Source: an uncultured Gammaproteobacteria bacterium
GTDB taxonomy: Bacteria; Patescibacteriota; Microgenomatia; UBA10105; UBA927
Reading direction: 5' to 3'
Length of the DNA: 64,000 nt
Assembly: GCA_964394685.1 (NCBI GenBank)
Contig: CAYMYO010000001.1
Location: 128,132 to 192,131 of the forward strand
The position numbers and the translations under genes are program-made. Each line of letters starts with the position of its first letter. Position 1 is the stretch's first letter. Positions 19,738 through 30,128 of this stretch are shown piece after piece. The notes under the pieces are model-generated. The model was not told the DNA's origin, searched no databases, and saw only the letters and a list, made by a program, of their open reading frames with translations.

Positions 19738-21156
19738 ATGAAAACAACGAAATATAAACATATTCACTTCGTAGGGATTAAAGGCGTAGCAATGACGGCC
19801 TTAGCGTTGTATTTTAAAGACCAAGGAATTACGGTAACAGGTTCTGATGTTGAAGGAGTATTTCCAACGCAACATGTGTTAGATAAGGCACGCATTTCCA
19901 TATCTATCGGTTTTTCAGCAGTTACAATTGAAAAACAGAAAAACCTTGATCTTGTCATTTATACCGGAGCACACGGTGGGAAAGACAATGTAGAAGTGGT
20001 AACTGCAGTCAAACGAAGAATTCCTGTTATGTCTCATGGACAAGCGCTTGGTATGGTCATGGAAGGGAAAAGACAAATTTCAGTTGCCGGAAGTCACGGA
20101 AAGACAACAACCAGCTCTATGCTTGCCTGCATTTTTACCCAAGCCTTCATAGATCCGTCTTATGCAATCGGATGCGGAACCATACTTGGACTTGGAAATC
20201 CGGGTCATAACGGAAGCGGGAATGTATTTATCGCTGAAGCGGATGAGTATATGACTGACCCGGGACATGATACAAAACCTCGGTTTCTTTGGCAGCATCC
20301 CGAGTTATTGGTTGTAACCAATATTGATTACGATCATCCGGATGTATATGCGAATTTAGAAGAGGTGCAACAAGCGTTTCTAACGCTTCAAAAACAAATG
20401 ACAGGAAGAAAAACTACAATAGTTAATCATGATGATGTACCAAGCAAGGTTTTATGTCAAAAGGGTATCCACACAGTGACCTATGGATATTCTCCTGGCT
20501 CAGAGTATCAGATCACTCACGTTTCTTTTGAAGAAGGACGGACATTTTTCACTGTTTGCGTCCGAGGGACAACAATCGGTGAATTTATTTTGGTAGTTCC
20601 GGGAAAACATAATATTCTCAATGCGCTTGCGGCACTCGTTGCCGCTTGTGAATTTGGATTGTCCTTAGAAGTTATTAAAAAAGGATTGATGCAATTTCAA
20701 GGCGCAAAAAGGAGATTAGAACTACTGTATACAAACAAGGATATTCGAATCTATGATGATTATGCTCATCATCCCCACGAAATTATTGCTTCTCTTGATG
20801 CGCTTCGCTCGTGGTATCCCAAAAACCGTGTTATTACTATTTTTCAACCGCACACCTATTCACGAACAGCGTCGCTACTATCAGAATTTGCAAAAAGTTT
20901 TTCAAAAAGCGACATCGTTTGTATAGCGGATATCTATGCTTCAGCACGAGAAACAGTGAGAACCGATATACACAGTGCTAAGCTTGTTGAAGAAATTGCA
21001 AAAAATCACACGAATGTTCAATATGTTAAAAATTTATCAGGAGCGCTATCGTATTTAAAAATATATCTATCACCGGGTGATATCATTGTTTGTATGGGAG
21101 CTGGTGATATTTACGAATGGGGATATGCAATTTCCTCTTATGTTAAAAGTATATGA
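19738..21156 (+). CDS. murC: UDP-N-acetylmuramate--L-alanine ligase
   Basis: HFVGIKG.AM, AGSHGKTTT, EADEY, DDYAHHP, FQPHTYSRT, MGAGDI. Confidence 0.95.
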   Translation: MKTTKYKHIHFVGIKGVAMTALALYFKDQGITVTGSDVEGVFPTQHVLDKARISISIGFSAVTIEKQKNLDLVIYTGAHGGKDNVEVVTAVKRRIPVMSHGQALGMVMEGKRQISVAGSHGKTTTSSMLACIFTQAFIDPSYAIGCGTILGLGNPGHNGSGNVFIAEADEYMTDPGHDTKPRFLWQHPELLVVTNIDYDHPDVYANLEEVQQAFLTLQKQMTGRKTTIVNHDDVPSKVLCQKGIHTVTYGYSPGSEYQITHVSFEEGRTFFTVCVRGTTIGEFILVVPGKHNILNALAALVAACEFGLSLEVIKKGLMQFQGAKRRLELLYTNKDIRIYDDYAHHPHEIIASLDALRSWYPKNRVITIFQPHTYSRTASLLSEFAKSFSKSDIVCIADIYASARETVRTDIHSAKLVEEIAKNHTNVQYVKNLSGALSYLKIYLSPGDIIVCMGAGDIYEWGYAISSYVKSI

Positions 21157-22106
21157 AACATGAGTTAAAAAAACTACAGGATAAATTTGGTACAAAAATA
21201 CGAGAACAGATAATGCTTGCTCCATTGACAACATTTAACATTGGCGGTCCGGCTGATTATTTTTTTGAAGCCCGTACCCAAGATGATCTCGTACAGGCAG
21301 TCATATTAGCCAGAGAATTGCATCTCCCATTTTTTATCCTCGGAGGCGGATCGAATATCCTTGTTGGCGACAAAGGATTCCGGGGACTGGTCATTCGAAA
21401 TGTCACACATGCGATCTTAATAAAGGGGGCCAAAGGTGCAATCACAGGAGGTATTAAAACAGGAAGTGTGTATGTAGAAGCGGATTCCGGCGTGCCATTT
21501 AATTTACTTGTCAGGTTTACCATTGAAGAGGGGTTACAGGGACTAGAAATGCATTTAGGACTTCCCGGATCAGTTGGAGGTGCTGTTTATATGAATTCTA
21601 AGTGGATGAATCCTCCATCTTATGTTGGAGACGTTCTTTTTCAAGCCCGAATATTAACACAAGAAAACGAAATTCAGATTGTTCCAAAAGAACATGTTCA
21701 CCAGTCAAAAGGCCTCATTCTTTCAGTTGTTTTTGAACTTCAGCGCAGAGATAATAATATCTTGTGGGAAACAGCAAATAAGAGTATTGAATATAGAAAA
21801 AACACACAACCGCAGGGCGTGAAAACTGCCGGATGCGTATTTAAAAATATTACGTCAGCTGACGCACTCATTGCACAAACACCTGAGTATACGACAAGCT
21901 CCGGATATTTGATTGATCATGCGGGATGCAAAGATATGGTAGTTGGAGGCGCAAAAGTATCGGCTACCCATGCAAATTTTATCGTCAATACGGGAAATGC
22001 AACTGCTTTGGATGTGTTACAATTAATAAGTCTTATTGGGAAGCGTGTACAGAGTCAATTTGGAGTCACTTTAAAAGAAGAAGTAATCAAAATAGGAGAA
22101 TTTTAA
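21153..22106 (+). CDS. murB: UDP-N-acetylenolpyruvoylglucosamine reductase
   Basis: TTFNIGGPA, LGGGSNILV, GLPGSVGGAV.MN, AGCVFKN, HANFIVN. Confidence 0.9.
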   Translation: MKHELKKLQDKFGTKIREQIMLAPLTTFNIGGPADYFFEARTQDDLVQAVILARELHLPFFILGGGSNILVGDKGFRGLVIRNVTHAILIKGAKGAITGGIKTGSVYVEADSGVPFNLLVRFTIEEGLQGLEMHLGLPGSVGGAVYMNSKWMNPPSYVGDVLFQARILTQENEIQIVPKEHVHQSKGLILSVVFELQRRDNNILWETANKSIEYRKNTQPQGVKTAGCVFKNITSADALIAQTPEYTTSSGYLIDHAGCKDMVVGGAKVSATHANFIVNTGNATALDVLQLISLIGKRVQSQFGVTLKEEVIKIGEF

Positions 22107-23446
22107 TGGAAAAATTTGTCATTAACGGTCCAGCTGTTCTTCATGGCGACGTTACGATCGCCGGAGCCAAAAACGTAGCACTCAAAGCAATTGTAGCATC
22201 ACTTTTAACAGACGATGAGATAGTCCTTCACAATATGCCGCAGATTCGAGATGTCCATCTCATGCTCGATGTAGTGAAAAGCCTGGGAGTGAAAGTAACA
22301 ATAGAAGGAAATACCATGCGTATTAAAGACGGAAATACAAAGGATACTATCGTACCACTTGAAGTCGGTGCGCGGCTTCGCACATCATCCATGGTTTTAG
22401 GACCTATGCTGTCCCGCTATGGAAGTGCAACGATTCCTAATCCTGGAGGGTGTCGTATAGGAGCGCGGCCAATAGACAGGCATATCGAAGGATTAAAAGC
22501 TATGGGAGCAACCATTGATTATGATTCAAAAGACGGATATTTTCATGCACACGCTGAGCATCTTCATGGAGCAGAAATTAATTTTTTGAAAAATACCCAC
22601 ACAGGAACGGAAACATTGCTTCTCGCTGCAGTGTTAGCTGACGGTACAACAGTTCTAAAAAATGCTGCTGAAGAAATAGAAATTGACGATTTAATTTCAC
22701 TTCTTAATGCTATGGGAGCAAACATCACACGCAGCGGAAATAGAGAAATAACTATTGTTGGAGTGTCAAAACTACATGGAACAGAATATTCGATCATGTC
22801 AGATCGCAATGAAGAAGCAACATTTGCGATAGCAGCGCTTGCAACAAAAGGTGATATTACAGTGCATCATTCCGAGCGGCGAAACATGAAGATTTTTTTA
22901 GAAGCCTTTGAAAAAGCAGGAGGCATATATAAAATGATTGATGACACGACAACACAATATTTTTACGATAAACCGATTCAATCGGTTAATATTGTCACTG
23001 GTATTCATCCTGGATTTATGACGGACTGGCAAGCGCCATGGGCGCTTCTCATGACGCAGGCAGAAGGCATATCAACAATTCATGAAACAGTATTTGAAAA
23101 TAGATTTTTTTATGTTGAGGAGCTACGGAAAATGGGTGCAGATATATCGTATCTTGATCCAACCGTTACCAATCCGGAAACATTTTATAATTTTAACTGG
23201 GAAGACAGGATAAACGGAAATCATCAGGCAATAAGAATTACCGGTCCGATGAAACTTCATAATGCAATACTCTCCATGAATGATTTACGGGCCGGAGCCA
23301 CGGTCGTGCTTGCGGCAATCATCGCAACCGGTCAAAGTTTTATTTATGGAGTGGAACAAATTGATCGAGGGTATGAACACATTGATACACGTCTCCAAGC
23401 GCTCGGTGCATCCATTGAGCGGATTGAAGAAGACGTGGTGATATAA
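22106..23446 (+). CDS. murA: UDP-N-acetylglucosamine 1-carboxyvinyltransferase
   Basis: GAKN, PGGCRIGARP (catalytic Cys), HPGFMTD, ENRF, DLRAG, IDRGYE; ATG overlaps the murB stop. Confidence 0.95.
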   Translation: MEKFVINGPAVLHGDVTIAGAKNVALKAIVASLLTDDEIVLHNMPQIRDVHLMLDVVKSLGVKVTIEGNTMRIKDGNTKDTIVPLEVGARLRTSSMVLGPMLSRYGSATIPNPGGCRIGARPIDRHIEGLKAMGATIDYDSKDGYFHAHAEHLHGAEINFLKNTHTGTETLLLAAVLADGTTVLKNAAEEIEIDDLISLLNAMGANITRSGNREITIVGVSKLHGTEYSIMSDRNEEATFAIAALATKGDITVHHSERRNMKIFLEAFEKAGGIYKMIDDTTTQYFYDKPIQSVNIVTGIHPGFMTDWQAPWALLMTQAEGISTIHETVFENRFFYVEELRKMGADISYLDPTVTNPETFYNFNWEDRINGNHQAIRITGPMKLHNAILSMNDLRAGATVVLAAIIATGQSFIYGVEQIDRGYEHIDTRLQALGASIERIEEDVVI

Positions 23447-23456
23447 AGGAGGATAT

Positions 23457-24770
23457 ATGAAACAAGATATTACAGTAGTACTGTTAACCGGAGGAACATC
23501 AACCCGTTTTTGGCCGCTTCTAGATAAAACCACTTTTGTATTCCAAGGAAAACCATTTTTGTATTGGCATTATCAACAATTAGTGAACGCAGGTATTAAA
23601 AAATGCATTGTTGTAACGAACGAGAATACTAATGATTCTATCCGTTTAGTTACTGTTCCGGAAGGATTGACTGTTGAATATGTTATTCAGAAAGGTCAGG
23701 GGATGGGACAAGCTGTCGCTGCGCTTGAAAGTATACTACACGATGAGTCCATTCTGGTACTTAATGCTTCAGATTATTATAAAGATGAATTTATTACTTC
23801 ATTTATCGCATATATAAAAAACGATATGATTCTTGGTGCGGTTCGGGTAAACAAGTATTTTCCAGGCGGATATTTAAAAATAAATTCAGAGAATAGTGTT
23901 GAGGAGATAATAGAAAAACCTGAAATTGGAAAGGAACCAAGCGATATCGTGCGTATTGTAGCAGATTATTTCCCAAATTGCAGGAAGATTATTGATGCGG
24001 TGAGGCAATCCGGTTTAGATCCCGTATCAGGATATGAGAATGCAATCAATAATGTAATTCGGGACGATGTTGTTTGCAAAGCAAAAATTACAGAATTGTC
24101 ATCATGGAAATATCTTAAATATCCATGGGATGTGTTAGCCATGAAAGACGAATTTTTTTCTCATATGACTGGACAACAGATTCATAAAAGCGTGACGATT
24201 AAATCTAATGTTGTAATCGAGGGAGCAGTTATTATTGAAGAAGGTGTGAAAATTTTTGAAGGAACAAAAATAGTCGGTCCTGTATATATCGGTAAAAACA
24301 CCATTATTGGAAATAATAATATTATAAGGCACAGCTATATTGGTGCATATGTCGTTACCGGATTTAGTTCTGATATTACGAGAAGTTATATTGGTGATGA
24401 TTGTTGGTTTCATACCAATTATATCGGAGATAGCGTCATCGGAAATAATGTCAGTATGGGTTCCGGATCTGTATGTGCAAATTTACGTCTTGATGACGGG
24501 GAAATATCAAGTGTCGTTAAGGAGGAGAAAATCGGGACAGGAAAAAATAAATTAGGAGCGATTATTGGAAACAACGTTCGCATTGGAGTTAATTCCAGTA
24601 TTATGCCAGGAGTAAAAATCGGTCAAAATTCCTTTATCGGTGCTGGTATTGTTGTCGATTCAGATCTTGAGGAAGATAAATTTATATTTTTGAAAAACGG
24701 AGTTCCTACAACGGTTGATAACACGAAAAAAGCAACTGCTTCTCGTGAGGAGTTTCGAAAAGCACTATGA
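23457..24770 (+). CDS. Bifunctional sugar-1-phosphate nucleotidylyltransferase/acetyltransferase (archaeal-type GlmU-like)
   Basis: LTGG.STRFWPL, IIEKP, YPWD, hexapeptide repeats, ANLRLD...KLGAIIG..IGVN..IMPG. Confidence 0.8.
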   Translation: MKQDITVVLLTGGTSTRFWPLLDKTTFVFQGKPFLYWHYQQLVNAGIKKCIVVTNENTNDSIRLVTVPEGLTVEYVIQKGQGMGQAVAALESILHDESILVLNASDYYKDEFITSFIAYIKNDMILGAVRVNKYFPGGYLKINSENSVEEIIEKPEIGKEPSDIVRIVADYFPNCRKIIDAVRQSGLDPVSGYENAINNVIRDDVVCKAKITELSSWKYLKYPWDVLAMKDEFFSHMTGQQIHKSVTIKSNVVIEGAVIIEEGVKIFEGTKIVGPVYIGKNTIIGNNNIIRHSYIGAYVVTGFSSDITRSYIGDDCWFHTNYIGDSVIGNNVSMGSGSVCANLRLDDGEISSVVKEEKIGTGKNKLGAIIGNNVRIGVNSSIMPGVKIGQNSFIGAGIVVDSDLEEDKFIFLKNGVPTTVDNTKKATASREEFRKAL

Positions 24771-25816
24771 AACGACCACACGTTCTCATTTTAGAGGGTG
24801 GAAGATCAGTTGAATATGAAGTTTCTCTTCGTTCCTCATTGGGTATTCAACACGCATTACGGATTTCCGGATTTTCTGTTGGGGTTATACGGATTGAGCG
24901 GAACGGTTCGTGGGGTGATGTAACCGGTGATTGGCCGGTGACCAATCGGAAGTTTGTTTTATCTGGAGATCCGCATGCATATGATTCTTTTGGAAAAGAT
25001 CTCGTTGTTTTCCCAGTGCTGCATGGTCCGTATGGAGAAGATGGAACTATACAGGGATTATTCGAGCTTGCTGATATTCCGTATGTTGGGTGCGGTGTTC
25101 TGGCATCAGCAATTGGCATGCATAAAGGATGCCAAAAAGAATTATTTACTCATCACGGGCTTCAGGTAGCTCCGTGGATTTCGATAAAAAGACATGAGTG
25201 GAATAAAGACCAAAAAGAAATGACCGATCATATAACGTTGTTTGTAAAACAACGATTTCCATTGTTTGTTAAACCTATTCGTACTGGTTCAAGTGTCGGT
25301 ATTTCAAGTGTGTCTGATAAAAAAACATTACATTACGCGATAGATAATGCGTTTCAATATGATGATGAAATTATTGTTGAGCAAAGTATGAGCCCGCTTC
25401 GGGAAATTGAGGTTGCTGTCCTTGGAACGACGAAGCCAGAAGCATCAGTTATCGGAGAAATAATTCCTGACCGTGAATTTTATGATTATGCAGCAAAATA
25501 TAGTCCTGATAGCAAAACAATGTTGCATATCGATCCTGATGATATTTCTAAAGTGATAAAAGATGAAATACGGTCTCAGGCGATTCAGGCGTTTGCGATT
25601 CTTGGTGGATCCGGACTTTCTCGTGTCGATTTTTTCTTATCAGGAAACAGAATTATTATTAACGAGATAAATACAATGCCCGGGTTTACGTCTATTAGTA
25701 TGTATCCAAAATTATGGGAAGCGAGTGGAATTCCATTTGCAGATCTTTGTACACGCCTTATAACAGTGGGAAAAGAAGTATGGGAATCAAAGCAGCAGAT
25801 CAAAACAACCTTATGA
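24767..25816 (+). CDS. ddl: D-alanine--D-alanine ligase
   Basis: GGRS.E.EVS, LHGPYGEDG.IQG, GSSVG, FYDYAAKY (Tyr type), NEINTMPGFT. Confidence 0.95.
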   Translation: MKRPHVLILEGGRSVEYEVSLRSSLGIQHALRISGFSVGVIRIERNGSWGDVTGDWPVTNRKFVLSGDPHAYDSFGKDLVVFPVLHGPYGEDGTIQGLFELADIPYVGCGVLASAIGMHKGCQKELFTHHGLQVAPWISIKRHEWNKDQKEMTDHITLFVKQRFPLFVKPIRTGSSVGISSVSDKKTLHYAIDNAFQYDDEIIVEQSMSPLREIEVAVLGTTKPEASVIGEIIPDREFYDYAAKYSPDSKTMLHIDPDDISKVIKDEIRSQAIQAFAILGGSGLSRVDFFLSGNRIIINEINTMPGFTSISMYPKLWEASGIPFADLCTRLITVGKEVWESKQQIKTTL

Positions 25817-27201
25817 AAAATAATATTTTTCTGCTTATTCTTCGTTGGGCAGCAAAAAGAAAACTTTTTCGACTTCGACCAAAAATTATTGCAGTGACAG
25901 GAAGTATCGGTAAATCAACATTTTTGACACTTCTTGATGGTATTGTGCATGATAAATTTAAGACGAGAACAACAAAGAAGGGGAACAGTGAAACAGGTCT
26001 ACCGCTTGAAATATTAGGTATTCGTGATGAACTGACTGATTATCGAGCTTTGACGTGGATACGGGTACTTGTCCATGCGATAACTATCGGACTATTTGGA
26101 GATGATGATTCGTATGAAGTATTAATTGCAGAATTTGGTATTGATAGTCCATACCCTCCAAAAAACATGTCGTATCTCTTAACCCTTATTCCGCATCCGG
26201 ATGTCGCAGTTGTGTTGTCTGTTAGTTCTGTTCATACAGAACAATTTGCTGAAGGACTATCACCAAGTGATCAGCTTGATGAGTCAGTCCTTCTTGAACG
26301 TATCGCAAAAGAAAAAATGTTACTTGCTCAAGCAATTACAAAAAACGGAACAGCTATCATTCAAAGCGATAATCCACTACTCATGAAGGAAGCGTCACAC
26401 ATAAATGGGTCTGTGGTCACGGTTGGAAGTAAAACAGATGCAACATTTCATATCAAAAAAATGACTGCGACTATCCAAAACGGTTCTTCCATAGTATTTT
26501 TGTATGACAAGAACGAATACCATATGATATTTCCTTATATCGTGTTGTTTCCAGAAAGTGCGTCAACAATTGTGTCTGTTGTCGCGGCAGCATCAGTTTT
26601 GAACTTCTCAATAAAAGAAATCATTGATAGTATACAAACGATTTCCCGTCTTCCATCGGGACGGTTTTCTATTCTTGAGGGAATAAAAGATACAACGATT
26701 ATTGACAGTAGCTACAACGCATCCCCAGAATCGGTAAAAGCAGCACTGCTCTTTTTAAAAACCGCAATTCAGAAAAAAGGAAGACGGATTGCGGTACTCG
26801 GAGATATGCGGGAGCTTGGTCCAATTGCCAAAAAGAAACATCAAGAAATTGCACGGATTGCAGCAGATGCTGTTGATCATATTGTTTGTGTTGGACCAAT
26901 GATGCGGGCGTTTGTTGTACCGGAACTTCTTCGTCTCGGTTTTGATGAAAAACACATTGATGTGTTTGAAACTGCAGAAGGGGTTGGTGCATCCATTGCT
27001 TCATACGTACGGCCTGATGATGTGATTTTGGTGAAGGGATCACAAAACACCATTTTTTTGGAAACCGTTGTGAAAGAGTTGTTGCGAAAGAAAACAGATG
27101 ATCATTTTCTTTGTAGACAATCATCGTATTGGGACACAGTGAGAAAAAATTTTTTTTCGACACATCCAAACAAACTTTATGAAGCAAAAACGTATAGCTA
27201 A
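25813..27201 (+). CDS. murF: UDP-MurNAc-tripeptide--D-Ala-D-Ala ligase MurF (lacks the N-terminal domain)
   Basis: AVTGSIGKST, IDSSYNASPES, LGDMRELG, LVKGSQ. Confidence 0.9.
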   Translation: MKNNIFLLILRWAAKRKLFRLRPKIIAVTGSIGKSTFLTLLDGIVHDKFKTRTTKKGNSETGLPLEILGIRDELTDYRALTWIRVLVHAITIGLFGDDDSYEVLIAEFGIDSPYPPKNMSYLLTLIPHPDVAVVLSVSSVHTEQFAEGLSPSDQLDESVLLERIAKEKMLLAQAITKNGTAIIQSDNPLLMKEASHINGSVVTVGSKTDATFHIKKMTATIQNGSSIVFLYDKNEYHMIFPYIVLFPESASTIVSVVAAASVLNFSIKEIIDSIQTISRLPSGRFSILEGIKDTTIIDSSYNASPESVKAALLFLKTAIQKKGRRIAVLGDMRELGPIAKKKHQEIARIAADAVDHIVCVGPMMRAFVVPELLRLGFDEKHIDVFETAEGVGASIASYVRPDDVILVKGSQNTIFLETVVKELLRKKTDDHFLCRQSSYWDTVRKNFFSTHPNKLYEAKTYS

Positions 27202-27847
27202 TTTTACTGGACAGTTTTGTACGGTATCCACACTCCCTGTCGGACAACTAGAAACAAATTGTTATGTTGTTGCGTTTGATGGAATTGGATACGTCATCGA
27301 TTCGGGAGATGATGGCACATATATTGCTGAGGTGCTTCAAAAGATGAACGTTACTCCCCGCGCTATACTGTTAACACACGGGCATTTTGATCACGCACTT
27401 GCTGCTTTTGAAGTTAGTGTGGCATTTGATATTCCGACCCTCGTGAGTAAATTTGATATGCCTATCTTACATCGAATGCAGGAAACCGCACAGTATTTTT
27501 TAGGGTATCCAGTCACAGATCCGATACCGCAATCTATTCGTTATTTTGAAGAATCAAAAAATCTTGAAACTCAATGGCATCTTCAGGTTATAAGTACCCC
27601 TGGTCATACGCCTGGGAGCGTATCTTTTGTCTTTGATGGGTATCCAATGGTTTTTACCGGGGACACGTTGTTTGCAGACGGGTTGGTTGGCGATACAAGT
27701 CATGCCTATAGTGATGCGAAACAGCTTCAAATGTCTCTCCGAACACTTTCTTTGCTTCCTGATAAAATGATCGTGTTTCCGGGGCATGGTGAGGAAACGA
27801 ATATCAAGGAAGTAAAAAGTCAGCTTTCGGAAAAAGGCTTTCTATAG
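27179..27847 (+). CDS. MBL-fold metallo-hydrolase (glyoxalase II-like)
   Basis: THGHFDH, TPGHTPG, FTGDTLF, PGHG. Confidence 0.9.
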   Translation: MKQKRIANFTGQFCTVSTLPVGQLETNCYVVAFDGIGYVIDSGDDGTYIAEVLQKMNVTPRAILLTHGHFDHALAAFEVSVAFDIPTLVSKFDMPILHRMQETAQYFLGYPVTDPIPQSIRYFEESKNLETQWHLQVISTPGHTPGSVSFVFDGYPMVFTGDTLFADGLVGDTSHAYSDAKQLQMSLRTLSLLPDKMIVFPGHGEETNIKEVKSQLSEKGFL

Positions 27848-27900
27848 AGATAATACTTGTGTCAACCCTATTTGGAAGGGTATACTTAAAAGGTATATCT

Positions 27901-28266
27901 ATGAAGACAGAACAAAGAACTCATAAAGACTCATTTAAAGATGCGTTTGCAGGTCTCCTGTGGTCTTTTAAGACCCAACCGAATTTTCGAGTTCATCTTC
28001 TTCTTGCGGCTGTTGCAATATTTCTTTCCTGGTTGTTTCAAATAACTCTCGTTGAATTTGCAATCATCATATTCACCATTATCCTAGGGTTAACAGCTGA
28101 AATGATCAATACGTCTATTGAATCCATGACTGATCTTATTACAACTGAATACAGGGAAAGCGCAAAGATTGCGAAAGATGTAGCAGCGGGAATGATGCTG
28201 ACCGTTGCAATGGGCGCCGTACTGGTTGCACTCGTTATATTCATTCCGCATATTTTCATTCCATAA
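27901..28266 (+). CDS. dgkA: DgkA-family diacylglycerol/undecaprenol kinase
   Basis: SF..AF.G, NFRVH, E.INTSIE...D, AKIAKD.AAG; immediately upstream of mraY. Confidence 0.85.
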   Translation: MKTEQRTHKDSFKDAFAGLLWSFKTQPNFRVHLLLAAVAIFLSWLFQITLVEFAIIIFTIILGLTAEMINTSIESMTDLITTEYRESAKIAKDVAAGMMLTVAMGAVLVALVIFIPHIFIP

Positions 28267-28269
28267 CCT

Positions 28270-29316
28270 ATGGTTTTTTTACTTGGAATATTACTATTTT
28301 CATATTTTGTGCACAGCATATTATATATTCCGTTTATTAAACTTCTCTATACATGGAAATTTCAACGATTGAAGCAAATTACTCGTGATGCGTTTAATAA
28401 AAGAACTCCAATATTCGATAAATTTCATCAAATGAAAGCAGGTACGCCCGTAGGCGGTGGACTGCTTATTATTGTTTTAACGACTCTTTTCTTTCCTCTC
28501 ACCATTTTAACAATGAAATACTTTTGGATTCCGATTACCTCTGTGTATCCGATGTTTCATGAAATAAAAATACTTCTTTTTACATTCATTTCATTTGGCT
28601 TACTAGGTCTTCTTGATGATGCGAAAAAAACATTTGCATGGAAATCAGATGTTTTTGGCTTACGGGTGCGACATAAGCTTATTCTTGAAGTTATTCTTGC
28701 AGTGATCATCAGTTATTGGCTGGCGAGCGACTTAAAAATCGGTATTTTTTACCTTCCCCTTATTGGGGTTATCGAAATGGGATGGTGGTTTATCCCATTT
28801 GCGACATTTGTCATCATCGCGTTTTCAAACGCATTTAACATTACCGATGGACTCGATGGTCTTTCAGCAGGAGTACTCATGATTGCTCTTGCGGCATTTT
28901 GGATCGTTTCGGCATCGATTCTTGATACGCCAATGTCAATATTTATCGCATTATGGCTTGGAGGAATTTTGTCGTTTTTATACTTTAATGTGTACCCAGC
29001 ACGTATCTTTTTAGGAGACGTCGGCGCATTATCTTTCGGCGCGACACTTGCAGTAGTAGGACTTATTTTAGGGAAAGCTCCGGCACTCGTTATCATCGGT
29101 TTTGTATTTATTATTGAAGTTGCATCTTCAGGAATTCAATTATTATGGAAAAAGCTATTTCATAAAAAGCTATTTACCGCCGCTCCATTTCATTTATATT
29201 TACAGCAAATCGGATGGGAAGAACCAAAAATAGTTATGCGCGCATGGATACTTTCAATCGTTTTTGCCATCATCGGTCTGTTTATAGCGCTCATAACCAA
29301 ATACCCTCTCAAGTAA
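28270..29316 (+). CDS. mraY: Phospho-N-acetylmuramoyl-pentapeptide transferase
   Basis: KAGTP.GGG, GLLDD, NAFNITDGLDGL, IFLGD.G, APFH. Confidence 0.95.
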   Translation: MVFLLGILLFSYFVHSILYIPFIKLLYTWKFQRLKQITRDAFNKRTPIFDKFHQMKAGTPVGGGLLIIVLTTLFFPLTILTMKYFWIPITSVYPMFHEIKILLFTFISFGLLGLLDDAKKTFAWKSDVFGLRVRHKLILEVILAVIISYWLASDLKIGIFYLPLIGVIEMGWWFIPFATFVIIAFSNAFNITDGLDGLSAGVLMIALAAFWIVSASILDTPMSIFIALWLGGILSFLYFNVYPARIFLGDVGALSFGATLAVVGLILGKAPALVIIGFVFIIEVASSGIQLLWKKLFHKKLFTAAPFHLYLQQIGWEEPKIVMRAWILSIVFAIIGLFIALITKYPLK

Positions 29317-29324
29317 TTGACACT

Positions 29325-30119
29325 ATGAATAATTTTCCCATAGGGATTATTGATTCTGGATCTGGTGGGCTCTCTGTCTGGAAAGAAATTACAGCGTTAC
29401 TACCCAATGAATCCACAATATATATTGGAGATCATGCGTATCTGCCATACAGTGAAAAGTCAACGGTATTTATACGGCATCGTGTAGCAAAATTAATTCA
29501 ATTTCTTATAAAAAAACAGGTTAAGCTTATTGTCATTGCGTGTAATACGGCAACAGTTGCCGGAATTGACTGGTATAGATTGCAATTCCCGACGGTTCCA
29601 ATCATTGGTGTTGTCCCAGTGGTTAAAACTGCAGCAGCGATGACAAAAACAAATACAATGTGCATACTTTCTACAAAATACACAGCAGGTAGCAGGTATC
29701 AAAAAAAACTTATCAAACAATTTGCTTCACATGCCACTGTTATTGAGATAGGCAGCTCACGTTTAGTTAAATATATTGAATCAACAGAAGATACGAAAAT
29801 GGAAATAATCAAAGAACTTCAAGTAATTCTTAAGCCAATACTACATAGTAACATTGATGTATTGGTGTTGGGGTGCACTCACTTTCCATTTATTCAAGAA
29901 GAAATCCGACAAGTTATTGGTACTCGTATTGCCCTCCTTGATTCAGGACCGGCAGTAGCCAGACAGGTAAAACGAATAGTAGCGAATGATGATGATATCA
30001 CACATAGTCTGAATGCCCCTCATGTATTGTATACAACTGGTGATACGAAAGACGTATCTGCTATTTATAAGAAACTTCTCAACAGTGCCGTAGTTGTTCT
30101 CACGGCACCAATTGCATAA
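29325..30119 (+). CDS. murI: Glutamate racemase
   Basis: DSGSGGLSV, IACNTAT, LGCTHFP. Confidence 0.95.
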   Translation: MNNFPIGIIDSGSGGLSVWKEITALLPNESTIYIGDHAYLPYSEKSTVFIRHRVAKLIQFLIKKQVKLIVIACNTATVAGIDWYRLQFPTVPIIGVVPVVKTAAAMTKTNTMCILSTKYTAGSRYQKKLIKQFASHATVIEIGSSRLVKYIESTEDTKMEIIKELQVILKPILHSNIDVLVLGCTHFPFIQEEIRQVIGTRIALLDSGPAVARQVKRIVANDDDITHSLNAPHVLYTTGDTKDVSAIYKKLLNSAVVVLTAPIA

Positions 30120-30128
30120 AATAAGACT

